Positions 50,566 through 64,000 of a DNA stretch of 64,000 nucleotides are shown in pieces. The notes beneath the pieces were generated by a model. That model did not search any database. It saw only the letters and a list, made by a program, of their open reading frames with translations, and had not been told where the DNA came from. This DNA comes from Paragordius varius. Its lineage: Eukaryota > Animalia > Nematomorpha. The DNA lies in the NCBI GenBank assembly GCA_964247055.1, contig OZ176052.1, positions 1,054,001 to 1,118,000 on the forward strand, written 5' to 3'. A program made the position numbers and the translations under genes. Position 1 is the first letter of the stretch. Each line of letters starts with the position of its first letter.

Positions 50566-53500
50566 TTATTCGTGTGCGATAAAAATAAATAAATATGGTA
50601 AAAACAATAAAACACTAGTTGTTATCAGTTTCTATATAAATAGATATAAATTTGGAAATATAATATATGTTTCCCAAATATAGTATCGATATGTCTTTGC
50701 AGTTTATTTGATTATATTTTTATCATCTTTATTTTCTCCTTTAGTAATATTAACATTTATTCCTTATTATCACTAAATATTTATCAAACAATTTATTATT
50801 TTATGAGTCAAATTGTTTATAAATATGAGTGCAAAAAATACAAAAAACTAACTAATTATTTTGAAGTTATCTATCCATAAATATTTCGGAAACTGAAGGC
50901 CAAATTTTATTAGCTAAAAAATTTTATGAATTAGATCAATCAATGTTTCACCAATTTTAGCGGTATCTGCACCTATTTAAACTAAATAACCTTTTAAAAT
51001 ACCGATAATTAATGTCATTCATCTATCTTTTAGTGTAATTTTTGATTCAAACCAGCTATATTTAAAATTCTGTTTTTTAGGAGTGCACTGCACACCGGGA
51101 CGTATAAAAAAAATATCCTGATAATTTTGATTATAAATGCAACCGGATTATTACACTTTTTGTTTCCTACAAGTGATATGACACAATTATGATTCTGTAT
51201 ATTCGATAATATATCGGAAATATTATGGTAGTCTAAACCATATAATGGCAAAGTTTACATTTTATTGAAAAAAATTCCTTCTTATGAAAGCCAAAGGCTT
51301 TATTTCAAAAATATTTTTAAAAAATATCAGGCAAACAATATTTTATAAAACTTTTAATTTTAGATGTGTACATCGAAAGTTTCAATTTTTTAAAACCGTC
51401 AGTGGGAAAGTTTTCGGGATATATATTTGAATAAACTAAAAAAAATATTTTTAATGAATATTCTTTTTATAATTAAAGTAATTGTAATAAGAAGTTTTGG
51501 CAAAGTAGTTTTATGGTATTTTTAAGCAGGGTAAAAAAGGTATAAGAAACCTTACAATATTATATTAGAATTATTTATATATATTTTGCTGATGCTGATC
51601 ATTTATATCAAATTAGATTTCAAAAAAAGTTAGTTTGCTTAGTGAATTTAAGGGAAAAAACATACACTACGTCCAAAATCGGGGGGTATAAAAAAGTAAT
51701 CTGAAATTTATCTGATAGGAAAGTGTATCAAGATTATCATAATCTTTTTGGTTTGAGCCCTTACGAGTGATATCAGAAGACTATATTTTTACACTTTTGT
51801 GGTAAGGGCTCCATATCCGAAAATGACAAAATCGTACATTAAAATTTTTGGTGAAAAATAAAGGCCTCATTCCAAAAAATATCTCTAAAATATATCTATC
51901 CCTTTTTAACACTAAAACAATATAATAAAAAAAGTTTTATTTTTGGTGTAAGCTCCGAAAGTCCTAAATTTTTCTTCTAAAAAGGGTCATAAAAATAAAC
52001 GCAAAATTGCCGGGATTACGCGATAAAAATTATAACTATATGTAACATAAATTTTTTTAAAAATGCATACTTTGTACTAAGAATTGTTTTCAGTAAAATT
52101 GCATTGAAGCGTACTTCATACTATTTTAAGGCATGATAAAAACGGTATAAAATCGCTTTTGGATATAATAAAATGACTTTTATATAATTTGATGATGCTA
52201 AACATTTCTATCACTTTAGAAATTTAATTTTAAAATGTGGTCACTCTAAAATGCTGAATTTTCGTAAAAAAATTAATTTTAGCAAAATTTTGATGAACCG
52301 TATTTTATGGTATTTTAGACCATGGTAAAAATGGTAAGAAACCCTTTGAATTATTGCAGAATTTTTTTAAATAACGATGAAGCTCAACATTTTATTCACC
52401 CCAAAATTTCGATTCATACTAGTCATCCAATTTTATATAAATATAAAATGTGTTTTTCACACAAATACTTAAATTCTATACGAACAACTGTTTTCATCAA
52501 AATTTCGAAATGTGATAGAAATGTTTAGTTGTCATATAATTATATTGAAAAAGTGTGTTTATTATATTTTAAAATGTTTTCCATCGTTTCTACCATGATC
52601 CAAATACCATAAAATACTGTTCATCAAAATCTTTATCAAAATATGTAACAAAGTCTATTGTTTTGAAAAAAAAAATTTTTTGATTTCATAATCTACGACA
52701 TATTAAAAACTCTTATCGCGAAATGTCGGCTTTTTACGTTTAACTCTAAAAAATTATCGCATTTCGGAGGGGGTCAAATAATTAAAACTTTGGGAGCACT
52801 CATCTAAAAATTTAAATTTGATATTAAAATTGTTTTGCTTTTTAAATATAGTATATGAATTTTTTATATTTTTTAAAATGGAGCATTATACTTTCCAAAA
52901 AAAATTTTTGGCATAATGGGAGCAAATTTTGTAATTTTTCGATATAAATCACCAAAGTCTAAATATTTCAATTATATCACTGGTAAAGCTCAAAAAAGCA
53001 CTATAAAAATCTTCCACTTAGCTCTCACAATATTTATTTCTAATTAGAATATTTTTAGTGTCCGCTTTAGATATTTTTATGGTGAGTTCGAGGGTGAATT
53101 TAAAATGCTCAATGGTACAACGATATATTTAGAACAGTGATGCTCACCCAAAAAATTTCAAGGGCCATGCACCATAAAACTGGAAACTTCATAGCTGTTT
53201 AGCACATTTGCAGAGTTTTATACTCAAAATCAGTATAAAAAAAATTAATATAATTTAGGGCCATAAAAATACATTTTTAAGACCGCGATTTAATGTCTTC
53301 CATGGTGGATTGGAGGTATAGAATAGATGGTATATATGCTTCTCTATGACATTAAAATAAAATATTTTTAAAAAGCCTACTTTCATTTAATATTTAATTT
53401 TTGGAAAAATTTTGAAGCTCATTTTATAGTTTTTCCTAGCATGTCGGATACAGTATAAAAACACTAAAAGATATTATGCTGATTTACTACATAATTTCAA

Positions 53501-54104
53501 ATTTTTTTAATAATTTTTAGTTGAAAAAGATAGAAATCCTAATACTATCCTAAGTGAGGGCAATAATATATGGTCACTTTATTTTCGCACAGGGGCTCCG
53601 CAATCATTTCTAAAAAATCACTAATTACAAATAAGAATTACAAATTACTAATTTTGCGCTCATGTTCGGGAAACGCAAATTAAATGTAAAATGCTTTTTA
53701 TTATATATAAATGTGATGAGGGTGTCAAGGCCACTTTTATATTAGCTTTAAGTTTATCCCCCTTGAAAAAGTAGATTATTTGAAAAAAAAAAGTATATTA
53801 AGCCGCTCCTTCCTAAAATCAAGTACGAAAACCAAGAGCCCCCTAAAATTGAAGCAAAATCTCGAAAAATTTATAGGACAATATGGTTCAAAAATGGTTT
53901 TAGTTATCCCGTATGAAAAATTTTTTTGAAGCCTTTTTTGGAAATACTAGAAGTTGATATGGATTTAAAATTATTTTAGGCATTCCTAAAAAATGAAAAA
54001 CTTTTAAGGGAGACCCCTGTGTTTAATATTTTTAAAAAATAACATGGCTTTGATAAACTTTTGTAAAACCTAGACCTTATAAATTTATCAATAGTTATAA
54101 GGTA

Positions 54105-54720
54105 CTAGCGTAAATCTCGTGCTACAACGCAGCCCGAGGAAGTCCTCCGGACTTCTGGGGGGGGGGGGGGGGGGGGAAGGAGGAGGGGGGCTATTTGAAA
54201 AAGGACAATAAAATGATCCACATATGTGGATTATTTCGAAACATTATTAAATAGTATGATCTCATAGGAATTTTAAAACGGTGTATTTATACTAATATAT
54301 TGTTTACTTGGGGGAAAAATAGATTCAAAAAATTATTTTTGTGGATTTTGTTTTTTTTAAAAAAATGACATTTTACGGGGGGAGCGGGAAAAAAGAGGGC
54401 CAAAATTGAAAAAGCGAGACGACTATGTTCGGCGCAATCGAAAATAAGTAAACAAAAATCATATTTGAAATTGTATCATCCAACACGTTCTCCGGAAAAT
54501 TGTTTCAAAGACACGATTTTTGTGGACTTCTGTTTTCAAAAAAAACCATTTTTTACACGGGATGAGCCCGAACTGGGGGCCTAATTCAAAAAAAGGGCGA
54601 AGATATTGTCGGGGCGCTAATTAATGATTATTTTTTTCGATATTTGGATTTGAATGGGTTTACCGGTTTTCCGAAAACAGATCACAAAGCCAGCATTTTC
54701 AATTTTTATAAATATATAGA
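54105..54720 (-). mobile_element. Non-autonomous Helitron, 616 bp, internal repeat array deleted
   Basis: Same termini as the other two copies (minus strand A-TCTATATATT...CGCTAG-T). The sequence jumps from the 3' segment straight to the 5' segment. Confidence 0.88.
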
Positions 54721-55492
54721 TTATCCGTATTAAATAATTCTTCGTGGGCAATTATTAATTAGCCTGGGTAGGCTTTTGCCCGTAAATGCATTAAAATAGC
54801 GGCATTTAAGCAATTTTCAAAAACCTATGAAACGGTATGGATACAAAGATGGCTTTAAGTGTTGTACAAAGATAAAATTTTTAGTGCGCTTTTTAATTAA
54901 CGGTTAAAAGAGTTCTACCTCCTAAAAATTTACGCCACCATATATTAACAGCATGGATTTAATGCACGGGAACTCCAAAATGATTTTGATATTCCGTAAA
55001 TATAATTTTAGCCAAGGGCCCTTTTGAAATTAACAGCTGGTCACAGTTCTATCCTCTAAAAACTGTGCCGACATAAACGTAGCTTTATGTAATTTATCAG
55101 TAAACTTATGAAGCCATGTGGATCAAAATGATTTTAGCTATTTTTCGTTTGAATATTAGAAATTTCAGTCCATTACTTTATTTAATTATCCAGTGGGTAG
55201 TACCCTTTTGAATATGCGGCACATTAAAGCAATTTTTCGGTTAACTCAAGAGACTATACGTTTTAAGTTAGAGTTGCGGACTAATATATCTTTGGTAGCA
55301 TTAAATTTTCATACTTCCTACAATTTATATGTAATACACTCTCTTTTAAAAAAAAACTTTAACTTTAACCCAAATTTTAGTTTTGGAATGTCCAATTTAT
55401 ATTATGAATTTAGTACAGAAAAATTATTTAAATGCGTAATCGCTGCCTTAATTATTTGAAAGAGGAGCCTTAAATGCGAAAAACAAGTTTTA

Positions 55493-55663
55493 CAGTAGCG
55501 TATGGCATAAAACAATATTAGTCCATAAAAGAATAAAAAAATGTTTTTTTAAAAAACAAGGGGATATTATGGATATGTATACATACAACTAGGCTTGTTT
55601 TTTTAAAAAAACATTTTTTTTATTCTTTTATGGAATAATAATGTTTTATGCCACACGCTACTG
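55493..55663. mobile_element. MITE family B, 171-bp copy
   Basis: TA-CAGTAGCGTATGGCATAAAAC...GTTTTATGCCACACGCTACTG-TA, with ~68-bp TIRs. Confidence 0.92.
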
Positions 55664-57075
55664 TATATGAAGTTTCCCTAAATAATTTTATACCATATCA
55701 TGAACCTTTATACTATATAAATTGAAAAGACGTGATGCTTGTTCAGTAAAAGATACTTCCTTCACTTATTTTTTGGATTACGGTTGGAAAATCATTGATA
55801 GATTGACTGTAATATTTATGATATTTAAATGAAACAGAAATGCCTACACATTAAAAGAAAATATTTTCAAGAGTAAATTCGAACTCTGTTTCATAAATAA
55901 TTAAGACACAAGACTCTCAAATGCGACATATAATTGGTAGATATCCATAAAGTAAATTTTTCTATTTATATGCAGTAAGAAAAGATATCTGCCACACTTC
56001 AATAGCCCTCTAATGTTATCGTAAAAATTTATTTGAAAAAATGTGGAGAATTAATATATAATATCTACATTTAGAAGATTTGCTAATTAGAAATTTTTAT
56101 AACCGTAAAAAAATAATTACTGCCGTTATATAATAACTAATAAATGGACATTTGGCTATATATATCAATTTTATCGATATATTTTAAAATAAATTTAATT
56201 TTTTCAAAATTCGTTAAAGATCATTCGATAAGATAAAATATTTTAGGGCACGTGCCGACCTTAAACCAGAGATTTTCTATTTTTTGTTGTATTTTTTTAA
56301 AACTTTTTTTTTGAAAGGTTAATAATTTTATTATAATTTACTGAAAAATTTTAACCAGCAATTTTTTTACAGGAAACCTTAGTTAAATTAATATAATCAA
56401 TTATTTAAATAAAATATATTAAGAGGTACGTTTTTAATTCATTACTGAATTGCATAAACTCTCATTTTATTTGCAGAGATATATTAATAGACATCTGTCA
56501 ACTATTAAAATTAGTGATTAAAGCATATATATATGTATGCATATATATCTAATGTTTTTGCAAAGGTATTTTATTACATATATATTTATGTATGTAATTT
56601 TTAAATATTTTTTTTAATATTTTGGTGTCATCTTTTTTTTTATTTTATCATTAAAACAAAAAAAGTATATATAGATAAAATAGCCGTTAAAGATTATTAT
56701 TATTATTGTACATTAAAAAAATATAAAAAAATAGTAAAAAAATATTCTGATAAAAAATTAATGGAATATTAAATATCATAACATTAAAGGAAACGTTGAC
56801 ACCTGTTCTCATCATAAATATATTAATAATTTTTATATGTGATCACTAAATTTTTTTTGGTGTAAAAATGCTTTTTCTCCAAACTTTTGAATAAAATACA
56901 AAAATTTTTTTATCACAAATGACTTTTAAAATTAAATCCTTTGATAATAAAGTTTATGCAAAAATATATTCTTCTGAAATTTCTGATTTTTTATTATTTT
57001 AAGTCTTAAAAATTGCATGATTCAAGTCTAACCCTCATCAATTTTTTTAAATAAGTAACATATAATTTTTTCGCA

Positions 57076-59882
57076 ATGTTACTAAATTTAATATTCTGTT
57101 TTTGTACTCTTTGGATATATCTTATTCATAATGCTGCCGGTAATTTTTTATATTTTATTTTTTTATAAATTTTAATAATTAATAAAAAATATTTTATTTT
57201 TTTTATAAAATTTTTATAAATTTTCATAATTATTAAATATACTTTATTTTTTAGATTTGGCATTGCTAGTGCAATATGGCTCAAACAAGCAATCCATTCA
57301 TTATGCAATCTATAATTTAATATTAATCCTTCTTAATTCTATTATCATCCAGGTAAAGATTATTTTTAATATAAATATATATATATATATACATAAAAAT
57401 TATTTTTCAAATAAATATTTGATTATAAAATTAAACTAAAAATCAATTTTTTAGCTGTTCAGTCTTCATTGGTTCCGCAATGATGGGAGGTATGAAAGAA
57501 AAAAGCGGTTCTTAACTTTAATTCATGGCTTTCAGATTGGATTCATTTTTAGGTATTTGAGATCAATTTTAAAATATTGTAAATGTCAAATGGTCTTTTA
57601 GTCAAAACTTATTTGATAATATTATTATTGGGAAAATTTTATTAGTTTTGGCACAAGAAAAGCTTAGAAAAAATTTAAACTAAAAACTCCTGTCTGTAGA
57701 ATATCATTTACATAACAATTTAACCACCATTTTTATCTTGCTCTGACTTACATATAGACATACTATTTTTCTTTGGATTGTCCTTAGATTAATCAAATTG
57801 AATGTATTATGCCTCCGTATATGTCAACAAAAGCTAATTTTAAACTCCGACAAATTTAAATCAAAACTCAAGAGCATATTCCGTTGGAAAGATAAAATTT
57901 GGAAAAAAAGTAGTATTGATAATAATAATAAGAACAAAAACTTAAACACACTGCAAAAAACGAATACTTATATTTCATCCTTCAACTCATCCAGTTTTGA
58001 TAATGAAAAAGTATATAACGACTGGGAAAAATTAGCGTATCTTGAAGCCCAATTCGAACTTGCCAAGGATGATTTAATACTTTTGCTAAATTTTGGCGCA
58101 TTTATACGCGTAATTCCCACATCAATCATTCAATTATATGCAATTGTTTTAAATATCCACAATTTCACATGGAATAGTAAAAGGCCACCATTTATCTTTA
58201 TTGCCAGGAATGGGAGCGATGGCATATACCGTTACGCAAGTAGGAATTACATATATATTTATTTGATTTATGAGGAAAAGCAATCTCTGTTTTTTCAACT
58301 CGGATTTTTACCGAAATGGTTTTTAGCGGTTCCAGATGTGTATTCAAAAAAATTGTTCGTTTTAGGTTCCATTTTTTTGTCATATGGTGCTGTAATTTTA
58401 ATTTTATAACGGAAAATCCCAAACCCTATACATACTACAAAAGTTTATTGATTAATATTAAATTTCTGTAAAAATAAATAATTATACTTTATGATTAGAA
58501 AGATAAAAAAGTATCAAAAAATACGGTTCATATTTTATTTGAATTAATAATATAATTAAAATATTTTTTAATCTTTTTTTGAAACCGTAGAAACCGAGCT
58601 TTATTTCATTTTCAAATATTTTTTGGGTTTCACAATGATTTAATTTAACACATATATTGCCTTTAACAATTTCGATTCCAATCCATGCTTTGGAATAAGC
58701 TTTAAATAAAAAATATATATATCGTCTTTAACATTTTTTATTCAACAATCTGATAGTTATCTCCCTTGCTTGCGGATTGGTTTATCTTACCTGGGCCCTT
58801 AGTAATTACATTTGCAATTCATATCACAAAGATAATTACAATGGCGGCAATCAAAATGAGTTATTATTTGCATGCAATAAAAACATATTGGGCACAAAAA
58901 ACGGGCAAAATGTTATGCCAAAACGTATGACTACATTTAATTCGTTAACTTCAAATTCTGTTACAAATTCATCGACCTATTCAAACACCACTGATAAAAA
59001 TTTATCATCTACTGGGTTATCCTCTTATACTTTTACACCTTCTGGACTTTTTACTACTACAACTACGTCGGAAACACATGAGAGTTCTTTGCTGGGCGAA
59101 TCTATGTTGCAAAAAATACCCTTACATACCACACATAAAGATAATAAACTCAAAAAGTCAAATAGGATTCATATTTTATCATTCACATTACAATTGATTT
59201 GGAGAATGTCCATAATACTAAGTCGTATATTAGCACTTACCTTATTCACTACTATCTTTGAGGCTTGGATCATAGTTTATATGGGTAAACTTTTTTTTCA
59301 TCCTAAATTGATATAAATTTGCATTTGTCACACCCTATTTTTTTAGAAAAAAATTGATTTTTAAAAAATTAAGTTATTAAATTAATCAAAACAAACTCAT
59401 TACATTACATAAGCTATTTAAAAGCTACACAATAAATGTCAATTTTTTTTGCATTTTATATATTAATTTTGTCTGGGTTGGACATCTCACGTTCGTTATA
59501 GTTTTAATAAAAATTTATTTTACATATTTACCTGGCAACATTATCATGTATCATATAGAAAAGCTTTTATAATAATTAATTTTCCTCATTGTGTTATTCA
59601 ATTTTGTTATTTATGTTATATGCATTAGTTTTATTTTTTGGATATAACGCCATTTTTATCTGGGATTTTATATTAAATATACATGTTTAATTGTTTTCCG
59701 AAAATAGCTTTATTTATCACGTTTAGCGTTCAAATTTGCAAATAATAAGCACTGTAAGATTTAAGTTAGTTAATATAATGCTATAAATATAAATATATAT
59801 TATGATTGGGTCACAGTAGGAATTTCTACTGTACATAAGGCAGTTATTTCGTTAAGACTGTATACTCATTATGAAAATAAAC

Positions 59883-59924
<42 letters not shown>

Positions 59925-62900
59925 GGAAAAAATTGAATTTATACGGAACGTGAAAATATAATGAATGTTTTTTTTTTCAAAAAAACAACCATACTTTTTT
60001 ATTCTTGATTTATATATATAACTCATTGCTTTAAACCACAAAGTATAATATAGAAATGTAAATTGGTAATACAATATATCATCTATTTTACCGTTGTAAT
60101 TAAATGTTTTTTATAGGTCAATTTAAGGTTTAAAAAAATATGATTGTCTTTAAAAAAAATTTTTGTCTTTATATTTTTACATTTTGTCCGTATAATATCA
60201 ATTTTACTGTATATTTTAAATAAAGACTGCTCCACTAATGGTTTATAATTAAATTCAAAAGCGTTATGATTGATATTTACATACTATAGTTGTCTTTTAA
60301 AATTTTAACAAGAATCTAATTTTTTAGCAGCACTTTTTATATGAACTGTAAAATTTTGTCTTGAAAAAAATATATATAAAACTATTATTTAATTCGGTTT
60401 AATCCGTGTTTATCCCGTGGTTATTTTAACCTTTACAAAAATATAAATTAAACAGCCAGAAATATTGCCAAATTAGTTAATTCAGAATTAATATAAAAAT
60501 TTCTTTAAACATAAACATTCTAATAATTTAAATATTTCCTAATTTTATAATCCATTTTTGCATGATCTTTATTTAAAAAATTGTTCATGCACAACCTATC
60601 TATCCCATTCGATATCAGAAAATTTTTTAACCATTTCTTTTACAGTAAAAATTGGAATTATACGGACAAAACCTAAATATATAAAGACAATTTTTTTTCA
60701 AAAGACAACCATACTCAATCAAACCTTATTTTATTCTATTGAAACCATTTAATAACAATTGTAAATTATGTCATTGATTGTACCAATATACGTATTTTAT
60801 AATTTAAAGTTAATAACTATGACTTATATTTATATAATTAAGGTTTAAATGTATGGTTGGTTGTCTTTTAGTAAAATACATTTTGTCTTTACATTTTTAC
60901 ATTTTTTGTCCGTATAATTTCTCAATTTTTACTGTATGTTTCAAACAAAGCTGTTGACATTATTAAAATATTGTTAAAAAAATTTTATTTTTATCCTTTG
61001 TAGGTCTTCACTGGCTTCTTATGACACTTTGGGTTACGGTTCAAAAAACTCGGTTTTCCGAATCAAACGCTGGCGAAGAAATACTGTTTCGATGCGTTAT
61101 GGGTTGGATTTACACATTTTGTTTTTACACGGTTAAGGGTCGAGGTGATCGGACACGCGGGAAATTGTTAACTCATCATATATTCCTGGCTGCTCAAAAC
61201 ATGGCTATTTTTACTGCGGCTTATTACATAGTCATACATCATCCTGTGTTTTATACACTGGATATTTGGAAACTTAAACCTAAGCGATTACATTATCCTG
61301 CTTCTTATATCTATAATAAAGAGTCATCAAATACCAAAGGATTAAATATGACTGATCAAAATCTTAACCTAAGCCGCAGAATAAATGATATGAATAATGC
61401 AAGTTTAACGAACCTATTCACGTCCAGTCAACATTACAATGTGGCGCTAAAAGAATATTTGTTGTCCAATCTTATAGTGTGGATTAGTGGAACCTTTATT
61501 TTAGGTGTGTTAAATTTGATATATTGATTTTCATTTTTAGAGATATTTTCAGCCTTTTTAGTTGAAAATGCACTTGAATTACAAAAATAATTTTTTCTTT
61601 TACATAAAAAGACCACAATTGAGGTGAGTATTTTGATTTTTCGTTTATAAAAATACAAAAAACTAGAGCATAGGGATTAAAATAATAAAAGAAATGGTTT
61701 TAACTTTTGAGAGGATTTCTATTGCCGAACCCATTGTAATTTTATTATAATTCATCATTTTTTATATTAATCTGATAGGTTGGATATGTATGTTAATATA
61801 CTATACACGATATCATCACCGTTGTGGAAAAGCTGCTTTCATAGATCATATTCGAGATGATTTGATGCAAATGCTACGAAGTAGTCTAAGGGACAAATCA
61901 TCGTACAACAAGGGAAGTTTTGACCTTATATGTGCGGAAAGAAATGAGGAAAACAAAAAACAAAAGGTATACTGCTCAGTTTTAAAAAAGGAAATTATTA
62001 GCTAAAAATTTTATCATCCAATTTGCAAAATTTGTTTTTTTCAAAACTTTTTAGTAAAAAGTTTTGTTGGTAAATCTCACTTTTGAAGACTAACCTAAAA
62101 TGTTTGATATTATAAAGAAAACCATTTTAGTAGTTCCTTAATTTTTATTTTTTATCCTTGCCTATGTGATTTTTAATAATAGAATTGTTTCCACATAACC
62201 TATATGAATACCATGGAGATGTATAAAATTGTCTACCGATTTAGATCTCTATTTTTCGTAATATCAAACAATACTATGATAAAAATAATCATAAAAAATT
62301 ATAGCCTTACTTTTTATGTTTTGTCTTTCTTTATAAGAATAATTTATACGGCACTCCCCTTCTAGATGATACATCAAAACAATACACCCCATTTCATTGG
62401 TATGAAACGAGTAAACTCGTCACTGAGATCCAGTTTTAAAGGCTCTTTTAATAATTGTCACCCTCAGAAAAAGCATTTGCCTTCTGCTACTACCAAACTA
62501 AACAACAGATTTAACGAAAGTTATTTTTATGAGATTGGTTCAATTTCTCGTTCTCTCATATCTTATCGCCAACAACGGTTAAATCAACCAACCTGTACTG
62601 AACAAAGCCAAATTTTAAATCCACTTAAACTTTATCAATTACAACAAACAACAAGAAATGATGGTACAATGATAATAGGTGACAAAGAACGAGGAATTAA
62701 ATTTAAAAGTGTACATACTGATTCATCTTCCATCATGTTTGGTACAATACAACGCAAAAATCCTGAAATCAAACACAATTCGACGAATTTTCACTTTAGC
62801 AGTAATAAATTGAAAACTCCGGGCAATATTGAAATTCTGTCTAAAAAATTGAATTATAATCAAATTAAAACAACGGTCAATAAGAAGTCCTTAAAAGAAA

Positions 62901-63598
62901 GTGAATTGGATAAAAATCAAAGAGAACATAAAATAATCACTGCCAAAGGGTTTATGGGGGGTAGGAAACGCATTTCGATAAATCTCAGAATACCATCTTC
63001 CCTGGTAAAAAGTATTCAAGCTAAAAAAATTATTAAAACAAGACACAATCAAAACTGCACAGATAATGAAATTCAAAAAATTTGTCCATATAAAAACGGT
63101 ATAACAACAACTCTAAGTAACAATAAAACGACGAATAATTTTTACGCTTCAAAAATACCCTTTGATTTAAAAAAGCAAATTCTGTCACCTTATAATCATA
63201 ACAAAAATAATGGTGAAATTAAAAATGTGAACAACATGTCTAAAACCTTGAACACTCCACAAAATTTTCACAATAGCACGGTGCTGGAAACTATCCATGA
63301 AGTTAGTTCTATGGCTTCTTCCTCAAACAGCAACAGTAAAAACTCAAGTAAAAATGATTCAAACAAAAATTTATTAAGTTCTTCGCATGAAAAATGCGTA
63401 GTTAACCTTATTAAAGTTTTCAATCAAACCGTAAAAGACCGCTCAACATATAAACGATGCATACTGGAATCACCAGCTAAAATATTACATAAATTTCGTA
63501 AAATATCGTCTTCACTAACAACTCCTACGAAAAAATCAAATAATAATTTACCATTAATAAATAATTCTCAATATTACATTGTTAAAACACGTCTATAA
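57076..63598 (+). CDS. XK-related protein (Xkr/CED-8 scramblase family), 8 exons (57076-57139, 57255-57352, 57455-57552, 57788-58176, 58757-59284, 61004-61504, 61779-61966, 62366-63598), ~1032 aa
   Basis: XK motifs in order: DLALLVQY, QLFSLHWF, IHGFQIGFIFR, D..LL..GAF...P..IIQL, LVYLTWALSNY, W....SRILAL.LF, HWLLMTLWV, EEILF...GWIYTF, R.......QN, MLIYYTRYH. Long Asn/Lys/Ser-rich tail. Exons sum to 3099 nt. Confidence 0.85.
59924..60209. mobile_element. MITE family A copy in XKR intron 5, abutting a (TA)19 run
   Basis: CGGAAAAAATTGAATTTATACGGA...GTCCGTATAATATCAATTTTACTG-TA. Confidence 0.8.
60643..60934. mobile_element. MITE family A copy in XKR intron 5
   Basis: TA-CAGTAAAAATTGGAATTATACGGAC...GTCCGTATAATTTCTCAATTTTTACTG-TA. 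Confidence 0.9.
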
Positions 63599-64000
63599 CA
63601 TAAATATAATACTCATTTAAATCTTGTGTGGCTTCAGTTTTTTGTGTGGATATATTTTTGTACACTCTACAAGCAATTATAATTATTTTAATAAATGATT
63701 ATATTTATAATTTTATGCATAATCTTGGTTTAAGCAATTTTTTGCAAGTGTAGGTTTTTTTATATTATTTACTCCGATTATTGGCGAAAATCAAATCCCT
63801 AAAAATATTTTTAATGCATTCATTAAAGCAACAGTTAAGAAACCAGCTAAAGTTTTAAACGGGGCTAGATTTCTTTTTTCTAAAGATATATATAAATATA
63901 TATATTATAATTTAGCGCATAATAAAAATTGACTCTCTAAAGCCTGTCCTTGTATTAAATAGGCTTCCAAAAATTAATTTTAAACAATATTATGCAAAAA

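Noticed and set aside
1-64000. tRNA, rRNA, snRNA, spliced-leader RNA, CRISPR or prokaryotic-like HGT genes
   Set aside because: No convincing cloverleaf or conserved motifs were seen by eye. tRNAscan-SE and Infernal would be needed to exclude them formally.

Overview
Very AT-rich (roughly 25% GC by eye) eukaryotic genomic DNA from an invertebrate animal. An LCCH3-type GABA receptor points to a protostome; the species cannot be fixed from sequence alone. I assembled GT-AG gene models by hand, and each multi-exon model sums to a whole number of codons. On + : TRUB2 (760-4428, 6 exons), a divergent class C GPCR (13442-18706, 4 exons), an LCCH3/GABA-A beta-like Cys-loop subunit (19262-26818, 10 exons), a CHST11-like sulfotransferase (46875-49449, 5 exons) and an XK-related scramblase (57076-63598, 8 exons). 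On - : an NDUFB1 locus (26918-27280), a NuSAP-like gene (35463-41330, 8 exons) and an intronless BUD13 (49789-50565). Two orphan ORFs remain unidentified. Introns and intergenic DNA are packed with transposon relics: a Mos1-like mariner, an IS630/Tc1-like element, an RTE LINE, three non-autonomous Helitrons, two piggyBac-type MITEs, two Tc1/mariner MITE families (8 copies) and several fold-back elements. No tRNA, rRNA or CRISPR array was recognisable. The most striking observations are: (1) ultra-short 24-32 nt introns, required to keep conserved genes in frame, sit beside kb-size TE-inflated introns; (2) at the NDUFB1 locus an NDUFB1-like upstream micro-ORF and alternative acceptors of a micro-intron could switch between a bicistronic mRNA, a fusion and a chimeric subunit; (3) one Helitron family carries 5, 3 or 0 copies of an internal ~305-bp satellite unit. 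Homology calls rely on remembered reference motifs, not database searches.
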